From contig CBDCZH010000007.1 of the NCBI GenBank assembly GCA_965224485.1, forward strand, positions 45,152 through 109,151: DNA of 64,000 nt, given 5' to 3'. The position numbers and the translations under genes are program-made. The notes under the pieces are model-generated. The model was given only the letters and a program-made list of their open reading frames with translations, had not been told where the DNA came from and made no database searches. Source of the DNA: Arcobacteraceae bacterium. Lineage in GTDB: Bacteria; Campylobacterota; Campylobacteria; Campylobacterales; Arcobacteraceae. Positions 9,760-20,066 of the stretch are shown piece after piece (within the stretch, counting starts at the first letter, position 1; each line of letters begins with the position of its first letter).

Positions 9760-11376
9760 TTATATATCTAATTTACAAAAATTTGTTTCTTGTACTAAAG
9801 CTTTTGCCATAACTTCATCTTCTACAATTATATGCTCTAAATGTAAAGATTGTAAGTCTAGTTTTTCACTTAATCTTGTAACTTTTACAACTGTTTTTGT
9901 ATTATGAGTTAAATCATCAATAACTTCACAAATAAGATGTAGTTTTTCAGCATTATCAATTGCAACAATAACAGCACAAGAGTTTTTAATATTAACAGAT
10001 TCTAATATATGCTTATGACTAGCATTTCCAAAAATTATAGGCTCACCTTTTTTAATTCCAAGCTCATAAAACTTTAAATTATGCTCAATTATAAAATATT
10101 CTTGACCATTTTGCTTTAAATTCTTTGCAATTTCTTGACCCAAGTGACCATATCCTAAGAGTACGATATGACCTTTAGTATCTTTTGGTATAAGTTTTGA
10201 AGCACTTACATCCATAATATCTTCTGGTATTAACTTTCCTGCAAGAGAAGATAGATTTTTTAAAGCAATAGGTGTTAGTATCATAGAAATTACAATTGTA
10301 ACTATTAATATTTGAGAATAAGAAGAGTTTATTAAAGAGTTACTTCTAGCAAGTTCTAAAATTGCAAGTGAAAATTCACCAATTTGCACTAAAGAAACAG
10401 CAGTTTTAAAAGCTACTCTTTTTGTATCATCAATTCTTACTATAAAATAAATAATAATATATTTTATAGCTAGTAAAATAGGTAGAAGTGCTAAAATTGT
10501 AAATATATGATCTTTTATTAAATAAAAATCAATTTGCATTCCAACAGTTATAAAAAATAGCCCCAATAATAAATTTCTAAAAGGTGTTAAATCTGCCTCA
10601 ACTTGATGCTTAAATTTTGTTTCAGAAATCATCATTCCTGCTACAAAAGCACCTAAAGAATATGTAAAACCAAAATAGTGAGCTAAAAAAGAAGAGCCTA
10701 TTGCTATTAGTAAAACAGAAGCTACAAAAAGTTCATCTGATTTTGATCTTGTAACATGTTCAAAAAATGGCTCCAAAAGATACTTCCCTGAAAAATATAA
10801 TAAAACCAATAAAACAATAGCTGCCCCTGTAGTTTCAGCTATCATAAATAAAACAGAATTTTCATCGCCCATAGTAAAGAATGAAATCATTAACAAAATA
10901 GGAATAACTGCTATATCTTGCATAATAAGAATTCCTAAAACTCGCTGACCATGTCTTTTTTTAATCTCATTATTCTCATTATATGTTTTTAAAACAATTG
11001 CTGTTGAAGATAAAGATAAAGCAGCACCTATAATCAATGATAATTGAAAATCAAAATTTAAAACATATCTACAAATTAGAAATACAAAAACTGTTGTTAC
11101 AATTATTTGCAAAGAACCTGTAAAAAATACTTCTTTTTTCATCTTTTTTAAGTGCTCTATTGAAAACTCTAAACCAATAGTAAACATCAAAAAAACAACT
11201 CCAAATTCTGCTATTTCTTTTAAATCATGGTTATTAACAGCAGAGTGCAAATCAAAAGTATAAGCAATAATAGTTCCAGTTACGATATACCCTATAATAG
11301 TAGGTAAGTGAAACTTTCTTAAAATCAAATTTACAATAATTGCAATAAATAGTGTCGAAACAATAATTCCTAACAT
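9760..11376 (-). CDS. KefB/KefC-like CPA2 cation:proton antiporter with a TrkA-N domain
   Basis: AEFGVVFLMFTIGLE, QIGEFS and C-terminal LLGYGHLG. Confidence 0.9.
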   Translation of the reverse strand: MLGIIVSTLFIAIIVNLILRKFHLPTIIGYIVTGTIIAYTFDLHSAVNNHDLKEIAEFGVVFLMFTIGLEFSIEHLKKMKKEVFFTGSLQIIVTTVFVFLICRYVLNFDFQLSLIIGAALSLSSTAIVLKTYNENNEIKKRHGQRVLGILIMQDIAVIPILLMISFFTMGDENSVLFMIAETTGAAIVLLVLLYFSGKYLLEPFFEHVTRSKSDELFVASVLLIAIGSSFLAHYFGFTYSLGAFVAGMMISETKFKHQVEADLTPFRNLLLGLFFITVGMQIDFYLIKDHIFTILALLPILLAIKYIIIYFIVRIDDTKRVAFKTAVSLVQIGEFSLAILELARSNSLINSSYSQILIVTIVISMILTPIALKNLSSLAGKLIPEDIMDVSASKLIPKDTKGHIVLLGYGHLGQEIAKNLKQNGQEYFIIEHNLKFYELGIKKGEPIIFGNASHKHILESVNIKNSCAVIVAIDNAEKLHLICEVIDDLTHNTKTVVKVTRLSEKLDLQSLHLEHIIVEDEVMAKALVQETNFCKLDI

Positions 11377-11407
11377 TCTTGGCCTTTTTTATATTTTATG
11401 AATTCTT

Positions 11408-13558
11408 TTATCTTGCACTATAGTGCATTTCTTTATAACCTTCTAGTCTTTTTTTGTAACTAGAGTATAACATAGGGTTTTTTGAATCTAATAAATCTAT
11501 AGCTAAACATTTTTGACCATTTCTACCAATTCTACCAAGGTACTGAACTAAACGTCCATAATAAGAAATTGGGCTTGCAAAAATTATAGTATTTAGATGA
11601 GGAAAATCTATACCTTCGCCAAAAAAAGAGCTAGTAGCTAAAACTAAAGAGCTATCTTTTACCTTAGCCATATTTATTTTTTGATCTTTTTTACTTAAAC
11701 TTCCGTGTATACTTAAAAATTCTATTTCTTCTTCATTTAACAAAAATTCTAAGTTAGTAATATGCTCAATTCTATCTGTTAAAACTAATATTTTTCTACT
11801 TTTATACTCTTTTATCTCTTTTATTATTAATTTGTTTCTCGTTTCATCTTTACTTAATTCATTTACGAGTGCAGCATAAGTATTTTCTTGTGAAGTAAAA
11901 GTTGTATTAAGAAGTTTTAATTTATGAGTAAGTGTTCTTTTTTTCTTATATTCATATGATATATGCCCTAGTTGCTGATATAAAATCTCTTCTAAACCAT
12001 CTTTTCTCTTAGGAGTTGCACTTAAACCTAAGATATATTTCCCTCCAAAAGATTTAATAATTTGCTCAAAACTTAGAGCTGGAATATGATGACACTCATC
12101 AACTATTACAAAAGAATAGTTTTTTATAATGTCCATATTATTTTTTAAACTCTGCATAGTAGCAATATCTAGTTTACCATTTAAGGTATTTTTGCTCTTG
12201 CCTAAAAATCCAATATCTTTTTTATCTAGTTCAAAATAGTTCTTAAATCTATCAATCCATTGGTCTAAGAGCATATTTTTATTTACAAGAACTAAAGATG
12301 AACAAGCTCTTAATTCAATCATTTTTGAAGCTATTAGAGTTTTTCCATAACCAGGAGGAGCAACACAAATTGAGAAATTACTTTTGCTTATTTCTTTAAT
12401 AGCATCATTTTGTTCATCTTTTAAAGTATATACAATAGAAGGAAACTTCTCTTTTTTAAAATATTGTTTACTTTTTATTGAATATGAAACATAATTTTTT
12501 AAAAATAAATCTTCTAACTTATATAACAAACCTCTTGGAAGTTTTAAATAGTTTTCATCTTCTTCATAAGATTTAATATATTTAGGTATATTAAAAATTG
12601 GTTTTCTTAAAGCTTGAAGGGTTTTTATTTGAGGATTAGCAAAAGTTGCTAAATCTTTTAAAGCATTTAATAAAGATTTTGATAAATCTTTTGTACTTAT
12701 GTATAAAGTATCATATAAAATAATAGATATTTTAAAATCTGGAAAAATAATTTGTTTTAAAATCTTTTCATTAAAAATCTCTTCATTTAAAATACTGTCA
12801 TTAAAACTTTTCTCATCGTTTTGATTTTTTAGTATCTCTTTTATTCTCTTTACAGGAATTTTTTCTATATTACTTAAATATGTCCATTGATTAGAGATAG
12901 CTTTTAACTCAGCCGTAAGAAAAACTGTTTTATTCTCTTTTCTAAAATTTAGATGTAAAGGAAGTTCAATATAAGCACCTAAATTTGAAGCATTTACAAA
13001 ATCTTGATTAGGATATATTTTTGCTGATATATTAGCTTCTTTTATAAGTTTAAGCCCTAAAGCTTTTGAATTTCTAGCTAAAATTTCTTCTTCATAAAAA
13101 AACCATAAAAATAGATCATCTTTTGAATTTTTTTCAAAATATCCATCTAAAGAATAAGAAGAAAATACTTTTTTAATGGTATTTATATCTTTTTTTAATA
13201 TTTGTAAGACTAAAAATTTTGATTTATTCTCTTTTGAGATTGAAAATGTAGCTAATTGAGATAAACCTCTTAAATGCTCTTCTATATATGAGTTTGAAAT
13301 AGGAATATAATCTGCTTGTTTAAAAGTATGAGAAACACAAGAAAAACCTTCTTTTTGCCCATTTGAACTTGTCCATTTTTTTAAAAAGATATCATCACGC
13401 GCAATAAATAAACTTTTGAATAAGTTTATTTTTTCCTCTTTTGTGAAACTCTTGTTTTCAACTAGTAAATTTTGTAATGAAAATATTTCATCATCTATTA
13501 GTTTCTTTTCTAAGAAGAGACTAGAGAGTCTCTTCTTTATTTCTACTTGGTTTTTCAT
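11408..13558 (-). CDS. SF2 DEAD/DEAH helicase with an N-terminal TOTE-type primase-like domain (apparently degenerate)
   Basis: APPGYGKT, DECHH, GLSATP and QYLGRIGR; N-terminal EKINLFKSLFIARDD...IEEHLRG...LGAYIELPL. Confidence 0.8.
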   Translation of the reverse strand: MKNQVEIKKRLSSLFLEKKLIDDEIFSLQNLLVENKSFTKEEKINLFKSLFIARDDIFLKKWTSSNGQKEGFSCVSHTFKQADYIPISNSYIEEHLRGLSQLATFSISKENKSKFLVLQILKKDINTIKKVFSSYSLDGYFEKNSKDDLFLWFFYEEEILARNSKALGLKLIKEANISAKIYPNQDFVNASNLGAYIELPLHLNFRKENKTVFLTAELKAISNQWTYLSNIEKIPVKRIKEILKNQNDEKSFNDSILNEEIFNEKILKQIIFPDFKISIILYDTLYISTKDLSKSLLNALKDLATFANPQIKTLQALRKPIFNIPKYIKSYEEDENYLKLPRGLLYKLEDLFLKNYVSYSIKSKQYFKKEKFPSIVYTLKDEQNDAIKEISKSNFSICVAPPGYGKTLIASKMIELRACSSLVLVNKNMLLDQWIDRFKNYFELDKKDIGFLGKSKNTLNGKLDIATMQSLKNNMDIIKNYSFVIVDECHHIPALSFEQIIKSFGGKYILGLSATPKRKDGLEEILYQQLGHISYEYKKKRTLTHKLKLLNTTFTSQENTYAALVNELSKDETRNKLIIKEIKEYKSRKILVLTDRIEHITNLEFLLNEEEIEFLSIHGSLSKKDQKINMAKVKDSSLVLATSSFFGEGIDFPHLNTIIFASPISYYGRLVQYLGRIGRNGQKCLAIDLLDSKNPMLYSSYKKRLEGYKEMHYSAR

Positions 13559-13979
13559 GTATTATTTGTTGATTCATAACAATATTGCCGATTTTATTCT
13601 CAATTTCATCATATCTACTTTTCATTTGAGAATCTTTTCGTACTCCTCTTCCTTCAAACTTACCATCTTCTTCAATAGTTAAATCATTGTAAGAAATATC
13701 ACCAATAACTCTTCCTGTTGATAAGATTTGAATTACATTACAGTCAATTTTTCCATCAAAAATACCACTTACAACTAAATGATTTGTTTTAACATCACCA
13801 ACAACTTCACCTGTTTTTCCAATAGAAATCTCATCTGCTTCTAAAATAACACCTTCAAATTTACCATCAATTATAACAGTTCCTTCTGTAGAAATACCAC
13901 CAATAATAGTTGTACCTTTTGCTATAATTGTTGCTCCAGCCTGTGTTGTTCTTTGATTAGCTTTACTAAAGACTCCCAC
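13521..13979 (-). CDS. ccmA: Bactofilin (CcmA family)
   Basis: TIIAKGTTIIG...IDGKFEG beta-helix repeats; follows an M23 peptidase gene. Confidence 0.85.
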   Translation of the reverse strand: MGVFSKANQRTTQAGATIIAKGTTIIGGISTEGTVIIDGKFEGVILEADEISIGKTGEVVGDVKTNHLVVSGIFDGKIDCNVIQILSTGRVIGDISYNDLTIEEDGKFEGRGVRKDSQMKSRYDEIENKIGNIVMNQQIIHEKPSRNKEETL

Positions 13980-14827
13980 TGAACTCTCCTTTGTTTATTA
14001 AATATTGTTTCATATGTTTTTAAATTCCAATTTATATAATCTCTAGGGTTTAAAACCTTTGAGGCGTATCTTACTTCATAATGTAAATGAGGACCAGTAC
14101 TACGACCTGAATTTCCACTCAAACCTATTAATTGATTACGTTTAATAACATCACCAATCTTAACTTTTGTTTTAGACAAATGTGCATACACACTTTCAAA
14201 ACCAAAATTATGAGATATAATTATAACTCTACCGAAATCACCCTTATTATATGGTTGAACGAAACGAACAACACCATCAGCTGTTGCATAAACTGATGTT
14301 TTTAATCTTGCTCTTAAATCCAAACCTCTATGAAACTTTTTTCTTTTTGTAACAGGATGAACTCTATATCCAAAAGAAGATTTTACTAAAGTTTCTTCAA
14401 GAGGTGAGCCATTTGGAATAGTATTTAACATATACATTTTTTGAGCTGATGTTATTTGTGCTAAAATTGCTCTATTTATTGCACCTTTCTCATCATTTTT
14501 CTTAATTCCTATAATTTCTTCAATATTATCAAGTTTTGAACTTAACTCTTCAATATCTTTTACTTTACCCTTAATTTGCATAGAATAAAATAGATTTTGA
14601 GCTTGAAGCTTTTTTTCTTTTTCAATTAATAAATTCATTTCAATTTTTTTATCAGCTCGTAAATCATCCATCTCTTGGGATAAAAAATTTATAAACCAAA
14701 AAGAACCAGCTAATACCAAAATAGAGATAAATATTATTATTATAATACTTTTTTTAACTACTTGATGAATATTATAAGACTTAGTACTATTTACATCAGA
14801 TACTGTTATTATCAATCTATTTTTCAT
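13922..14827 (-). CDS. M23 family peptidoglycan endopeptidase (Csd1-like)
   Basis: HRGLD and STGPHLHYE; N-terminal TM plus coiled coil. Confidence 0.9.
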   Translation of the reverse strand: MKNRLIITVSDVNSTKSYNIHQVVKKSIIIIIFISILVLAGSFWFINFLSQEMDDLRADKKIEMNLLIEKEKKLQAQNLFYSMQIKGKVKDIEELSSKLDNIEEIIGIKKNDEKGAINRAILAQITSAQKMYMLNTIPNGSPLEETLVKSSFGYRVHPVTKRKKFHRGLDLRARLKTSVYATADGVVRFVQPYNKGDFGRVIIISHNFGFESVYAHLSKTKVKIGDVIKRNQLIGLSGNSGRSTGPHLHYEVRYASKVLNPRDYINWNLKTYETIFNKQRRVQWESLVKLIKEQHRLEQQL

Positions 14828-15966
14828 TATAAGCCATATCTTTTTAAATATAATAAAAAATTCTCAACTACTGAAAATGACCCAAATACTAAATAGTTTT
14901 CATCTTTTTCTATTTTTATAAAATTTTCTTGTTTTATGTCTAATTTTTTACAAACGTTTATCAATTCTTCACTCTTTACGACTCTTTTATCTTTGATTTT
15001 TATAATTAATATTTTCTTTATAATTGGTTTTAATATTCTTAAAACTTCCTCATAATTTTTATCTTTTAAACTATTATATACTAAAACTATTTTTTCTTCT
15101 CTTCTTAAAAACTCTTCTAATATTACCTTTGATGCTAATACATTATGCCCAACATCAATAGTAATATTTTTTCTGATTCTCTCACATCTTGCTTTTATCT
15201 TTACATCAGAAAAAAGTTCCATATCAATAGTAAAATTTAACTTCTTAAGTGCCATTATAGAAACACTAAGATTTTGTTTTAAATATTTTGGAAAATCTAA
15301 TTTTTCTACATTTTCATCAATTTTACTAAAAAAATCATAAGTAATATTTTTACTTTCACAAAACTCTTTTGCATAAGTTATCACTTCTTTTTTAACCTGA
15401 TGTGAGAGAATCATATGAGTATCAACAGAGCGCATCTTAGTTAAAGCTATATCTTTTATAGTATTTCCTAAAAAAGTCTCATGATCGTAATGTATTGTTG
15501 TTACAAGTGATAAATCATTTTTTACAATATTTGTAGCATCAAACTCACCACCTAAACCAGCTTCTAAAACTAAATAATCAAAAGAAGATGAAAGTTTTAA
15601 AGCAAGAAGAGTTGTATACTCAAAATATGTAAGTTTTAAACTTATATCTTGGGGTAAAATTTCTAATAACTCTTTATGTGTTTTATCTAAAAGTTCTGAT
15701 GAAACATCAGAACCATTTATCCAAATTCTTTCATTAAAACTTAAAATATGTGGAGAGCTATAATGAAGAGTTTTTTTATTGCTTTTATATAAATAATGAG
15801 CTAAAAACCTTCCAGTACTTCCTTTACCATTTGTTCCTACAAGATGTATAACATATGGTAAAGAAATATGCTTTTGCAAACTTTTCCAAGCTAAAGCAAT
15901 AATAGATAAATCTATTTTCTCATAAAATAGTTCTTTATCTTCTAAAAATATTTCTAAATCTGTCAT
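14827..15966 (-). CDS. folC: Folylpolyglutamate synthase/dihydrofolate synthase
   Basis: GTNGKGST, SPHI, TYFE, EAGLGGEFDATN and DVGHN. Confidence 0.92.
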   Translation of the reverse strand: MTDLEIFLEDKELFYEKIDLSIIALAWKSLQKHISLPYVIHLVGTNGKGSTGRFLAHYLYKSNKKTLHYSSPHILSFNERIWINGSDVSSELLDKTHKELLEILPQDISLKLTYFEYTTLLALKLSSSFDYLVLEAGLGGEFDATNIVKNDLSLVTTIHYDHETFLGNTIKDIALTKMRSVDTHMILSHQVKKEVITYAKEFCESKNITYDFFSKIDENVEKLDFPKYLKQNLSVSIMALKKLNFTIDMELFSDVKIKARCERIRKNITIDVGHNVLASKVILEEFLRREEKIVLVYNSLKDKNYEEVLRILKPIIKKILIIKIKDKRVVKSEELINVCKKLDIKQENFIKIEKDENYLVFGSFSVVENFLLYLKRYGL

Positions 15967-16485
15967 TTATTTATAAGCAGTAATTGCAAGTTTTGAAATA
16001 ACTTCATCTAAAGCTTTAGCAAAAGCTTTTTTAATAGCATCAAATCTTTTCGTATCAGAAATAGTTCCTTTTGAATTAGTTGAAAAATCATATCTTCCAC
16101 TTACATCAAAACTTTTTATCTCTTCATTCTTATTTTTATACTTAACATTTAAAGTAACTGTTGCTTTATATAGTTTTACATAACCAGAATCATCATAACT
16201 TAGTTCTGAAAAATTTACATTTTTATAATCCAAATAAACAATAGTATCAGCTTGATCTTTTTTATAAACTAAAGTTTTATCTAAACGTTGTACTAAAAGT
16301 TCATGAAACACGTCTTTAATTAAAACAGAGTTTTTAGGATCTTTTATATTTACATTCAAATCAACAAATATTTTTTCACCTAACTCTTTTTTTGCATAAG
16401 AACTTGAAGTTTTATAACCACAAGAGACAAACGACAAAGTAAGAATCATTAAAAACAGAAAATTAAGTTTTTTTATTTTAAACAT
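15967..16485 (-). CDS. lptE: LPS assembly lipoprotein LptE
   Basis: Lipobox FVSCGY; position directly after leuS. Confidence 0.75.
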   Translation of the reverse strand: MFKIKKLNFLFLMILTLSFVSCGYKTSSSYAKKELGEKIFVDLNVNIKDPKNSVLIKDVFHELLVQRLDKTLVYKKDQADTIVYLDYKNVNFSELSYDDSGYVKLYKATVTLNVKYKNKNEEIKSFDVSGRYDFSTNSKGTISDTKRFDAIKKAFAKALDEVISKLAITAYK

Positions 16486-16494
16486 TATTAACCT

Positions 16495-18957
16495 TTATTT
16501 CACAACTAAATTAACTAATTTATTAGGAACAAGAATCTCTTTTACAATCTCTTTTCCTTCAATCCATTTTAAAGAAGCTTCTTTAGCAATACTTAAAATT
16601 TCTTCTTTTGAAGCACTTGGATTAACTTCAATTTCACATCTTTTTTTACCATTAATAGTAATAGCTAACAGTATAGAGTCTTTAGCAAAAACTTCATCTT
16701 TAACTTCTATTTTTTCTTTAAAATTTTTCATTTCAAATAAATTATTTGCAATTTCCCAAGATAAATGAGGAATAACTGGTTCTAAAATATTACTTAAAAT
16801 ATAATAAGCCTCAGCCCATATTAACTTATTGTTTTGATTACCTAAAGCATTCATAGCTTCCATTGAAGCGGCTATTAAAGTATTAAAAGCATATGTCTTA
16901 TCAAATACATCATTTGATTTAACTAAAGCTTCGTATACTTTTAATCTAGCTTCTTTTTCATTTTTATCTAAATTTTTATGTTCAATATTTAGAATTTCAT
17001 TTATACTAACACCTTGTGCCAATTCAGATTTATTAGAGAATTTTTTGATAAATCTAAAAGCACCTTCAACAGCTGAATCATTCCACTCTAACTCTTTAGT
17101 TGGAGGCGCTGCAAACATCATAAATAATCGTGCAGTATCAGCCCCATATTTTTTAATTATCTTATCAGGATCTACCACGTTTCCTTTTGATTTAGACATT
17201 TTAGCCCCATCTTTTAAAACCATACCTTGTGTAAGAAGTTTTTTAAAAGGTTCTTTAGAATTTGTATATCCTAAAGAATTTAAAGCTTTTGTAAAAAACC
17301 TTGCATATAAAAGGTGTAATATTGCATGCTCAATTCCACCAATATATTGATCAACATCCATCCAATAATCACTATCATCAAGATTAATACCTTCTTTGTT
17401 CCATACTTTTGGATTTGTTGCATATCGCAAGAAATACCAAGAAGACTGTACAAAAGTATCTAAAGTATCTGTTTCTCTTAAAGCAGGTTTTCCACACTTA
17501 GGACAAGAACAATGTTTCCAAGTAGGATGAGTATCTAAAGGATTACCCTCCCCTGTAATTTCTATATCATCAGGCAAAGAAATTGGTAAGTTTTCATTCT
17601 TTTCAGCTACTAATCCACAAGATTCACAATGAATAAAAGGAATAGGAGCTCCCCAGTATCTCTGTCTTGAAATACCCCAGTCTCTTAGTTTATAATTTAT
17701 TTGTTTTTTACCAAAAGAGTTTTTCTCAAAATGATACATTATTGCTTTTTGTGCTTCTTTTGATTTTAAATGAGTAAAAGATTCAGAATCAATTAATACA
17801 CCTTCACCTACAAAGGCTTCTTTTAAAGAAAGTTCTTTTCCATCTTTTCCTACAATTACTTGTTTGATATCTAGATTATACGCTTTCGCAAACTCAAAAT
17901 CTCTTTGATCATGAGCTGGAACTGCCATAACCGCACCTGAACCATAAGAAACTAAAACAAAGTTAGCAACCCAAACAGGAATGCTTTCACCAGTTAATGG
18001 ATGAATTACATCTATTTCTAAACTAACACCCTCTTTAGCTTGAATAGCTCTATCTCTTTCACTAACTTTTTGCATATCTTTTATTGCGTTAATTTTTTTA
18101 CTAGAAATAAGTTTATTATCAAGTAAATATTTTACAATTTCATGCTCAGGAGAAAGTGCTGTATACGTTACTCCATAAATAGTATCAGGTCTAGTTGTAA
18201 AAACATCAAAAGACGAAAAGTTTCTATCAAGTTTATACCTAGACTCTTTTGAAAGTTCAAAAGTAAATTCTAAACCTTCACTTCTTCCTATCCAGTTTTT
18301 TTGCATAGTTAAAACTTGTGAGGGCCAAGTATCTTCTAAAGTATCTAAATCATCTAATAAATCTTGTGCATATTTAGTAATACCTATATAATAACCAGGC
18401 ATCTCTTTTTGTATAACTTCTGTATCACATCTCCAACAGCAACCATCTTCAACTTGTTCATTTGCTAAAACAGTATGACAAGGTTCACACCAGTTCACTG
18501 TTGTTGATTTTCTGTATAATAATTTCTCTTCATACATTTTAATTATAAATTCTTGTTCCCATTTTGTATATAAAGGATCAGAAGTTGCAAATTCTCGCTC
18601 TTGTGAAAAAGATAGACCTAAACTTTTTAGTTCTTTTTTCATATAATCAATATTTTCGTAAGTCCATTTTTTAGGATGAAGTTTGTGTTTGATAGCAGCA
18701 TTTTCAGCTGGCATTCCAAAACTATCCCAACCAATAGGGTGAAGTACGTTAAAATCTTGTTTTCTAAAATGCCTTGCAAAAGCATCACCTAAACAGTAAT
18801 TTCGTACATGACCCATATGAATTCTACCACTTGGGTATGGAAACATACTCAAAATATATTTTTTTTCTTTTGTAAAATCATTACTAGGTTCAAAACTTTT
18901 ATGTTCATCCCAGTATTTCTGCCAATTTTTTTCGATTTCTTGAGGATTATATTCCAT
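16495..18957 (-). CDS. leuS: Leucine--tRNA ligase
   Basis: [13 protein letters not shown] and KMSKS. Confidence 0.98.
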   Translation of the reverse strand: MEYNPQEIEKNWQKYWDEHKSFEPSNDFTKEKKYILSMFPYPSGRIHMGHVRNYCLGDAFARHFRKQDFNVLHPIGWDSFGMPAENAAIKHKLHPKKWTYENIDYMKKELKSLGLSFSQEREFATSDPLYTKWEQEFIIKMYEEKLLYRKSTTVNWCEPCHTVLANEQVEDGCCWRCDTEVIQKEMPGYYIGITKYAQDLLDDLDTLEDTWPSQVLTMQKNWIGRSEGLEFTFELSKESRYKLDRNFSSFDVFTTRPDTIYGVTYTALSPEHEIVKYLLDNKLISSKKINAIKDMQKVSERDRAIQAKEGVSLEIDVIHPLTGESIPVWVANFVLVSYGSGAVMAVPAHDQRDFEFAKAYNLDIKQVIVGKDGKELSLKEAFVGEGVLIDSESFTHLKSKEAQKAIMYHFEKNSFGKKQINYKLRDWGISRQRYWGAPIPFIHCESCGLVAEKNENLPISLPDDIEITGEGNPLDTHPTWKHCSCPKCGKPALRETDTLDTFVQSSWYFLRYATNPKVWNKEGINLDDSDYWMDVDQYIGGIEHAILHLLYARFFTKALNSLGYTNSKEPFKKLLTQGMVLKDGAKMSKSKGNVVDPDKIIKKYGADTARLFMMFAAPPTKELEWNDSAVEGAFRFIKKFSNKSELAQGVSINEILNIEHKNLDKNEKEARLKVYEALVKSNDVFDKTYAFNTLIAASMEAMNALGNQNNKLIWAEAYYILSNILEPVIPHLSWEIANNLFEMKNFKEKIEVKDEVFAKDSILLAITINGKKRCEIEVNPSASKEEILSIAKEASLKWIEGKEIVKEILVPNKLVNLVVK

Positions 18958-19301
18958 TAAAACTCGTCCTTTTCTTGACTTTTTGCACTCTCAATTAAAG
19001 CTAAAGCAATAGAAAATAAATTTGCTACAACTGCCCCAATTGCTAAAGCAATTGCAAGTCTCTCATCACCTGAAAAAGTTAAAACCATGAACGCTGGAAT
19101 AAGATGTAAATCTGCTACTAAAGAACTTGCTAATAACTCTGCTGATAATAAGTTTTTAACACCAATTTTTAATATTGTTGATATTACGTTTACACCTGCT
19201 GCTAAAAATAAAGCAATTGCATTTGGTTCGTATAAAAACCCTGCAGTTGTTGTTAGTGACATAAGTGAAAAGAATATATAAGTTACCTTACCCCAATCCA
19301 T
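18957..19301 (-). CDS. Conserved Campylobacterota membrane protein (DUF6394-like)
   Basis: [11 protein letters not shown]...[11 protein letters not shown]; coupled to leuS. Confidence 0.7.
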   Translation of the reverse strand: MDWGKVTYIFFSLMSLTTTAGFLYEPNAIALFLAAGVNVISTILKIGVKNLLSAELLASSLVADLHLIPAFMVLTFSGDERLAIALAIGAVVANLFSIALALIESAKSQEKDEF

Positions 19302-19386
19302 GATTATCCTTTAAATGTGTTTCTTAAAAGCAAATATATTATCCAAAAGTACCTAAAAAAGCTCTTTTAAACTAAGATTATTTTTT

Positions 19387-19881
19387 CTACTCTTCTATTT
19401 TTTTATAAGAATAAGAAATTATTAATTGATAAAGTAAATACAAAATTACAAATTTTATAAATAATTCAATAAATAAAAGAAAAGTAAAATTAGCATTTAA
19501 AAAGTGTAAAGGCTCAAGATTGTGAAGTAAAAAGTTAAATGTTAAATCTTTTGTTATTATCCAATAAATCCCAAAACAGGTATATAAAATTAAAGTAAGA
19601 AAGTTTGATCGTTTAAAAAATATGATGTTTATAACACATAACCATAAGAATAGTGTAAATAACAAAGCAATAGACATCTCTAAATAAAATCCAGAAGGAA
19701 AAGAAGAGATAAAAGAAAGGCTTTTTTCATCATCAAAATACTCCAAAATAGAAGCAAATAATTCAAAAATTACAATCCATAACAAAACAAGTTTCCAGTT
19801 TTTAGAATTTTCAGATGTAATTCTATCAAAGTTATATTTTATTTTTTTAAGTTTTTCCATTATGCATCCATTTTCAATCAA
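19387..19881 (-). CDS. Hypothetical membrane protein
   Basis: About 4 hydrophobic segments. Confidence 0.6.
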   Translation of the reverse strand: MIENGCIMEKLKKIKYNFDRITSENSKNWKLVLLWIVIFELFASILEYFDDEKSLSFISSFPSGFYLEMSIALLFTLFLWLCVINIIFFKRSNFLTLILYTCFGIYWIITKDLTFNFLLHNLEPLHFLNANFTFLLFIELFIKFVILYLLYQLIISYSYKKIEE

Positions 19882-20066
19882 ACTTATATAATTATAATTC
19901 TATAACTTTAACCTTAAAAGAAATATAAATAACAAAAAATACCTATAAATAATTTAATGAATTTATAAAATAATAACTTACTTGTAAAATTACACAAAAT
20001 AAACGAAAGAATATCCTAATTTTAAATATCTACAAGAATAAACTTCAAAGAAAAAAACTGCAATAG

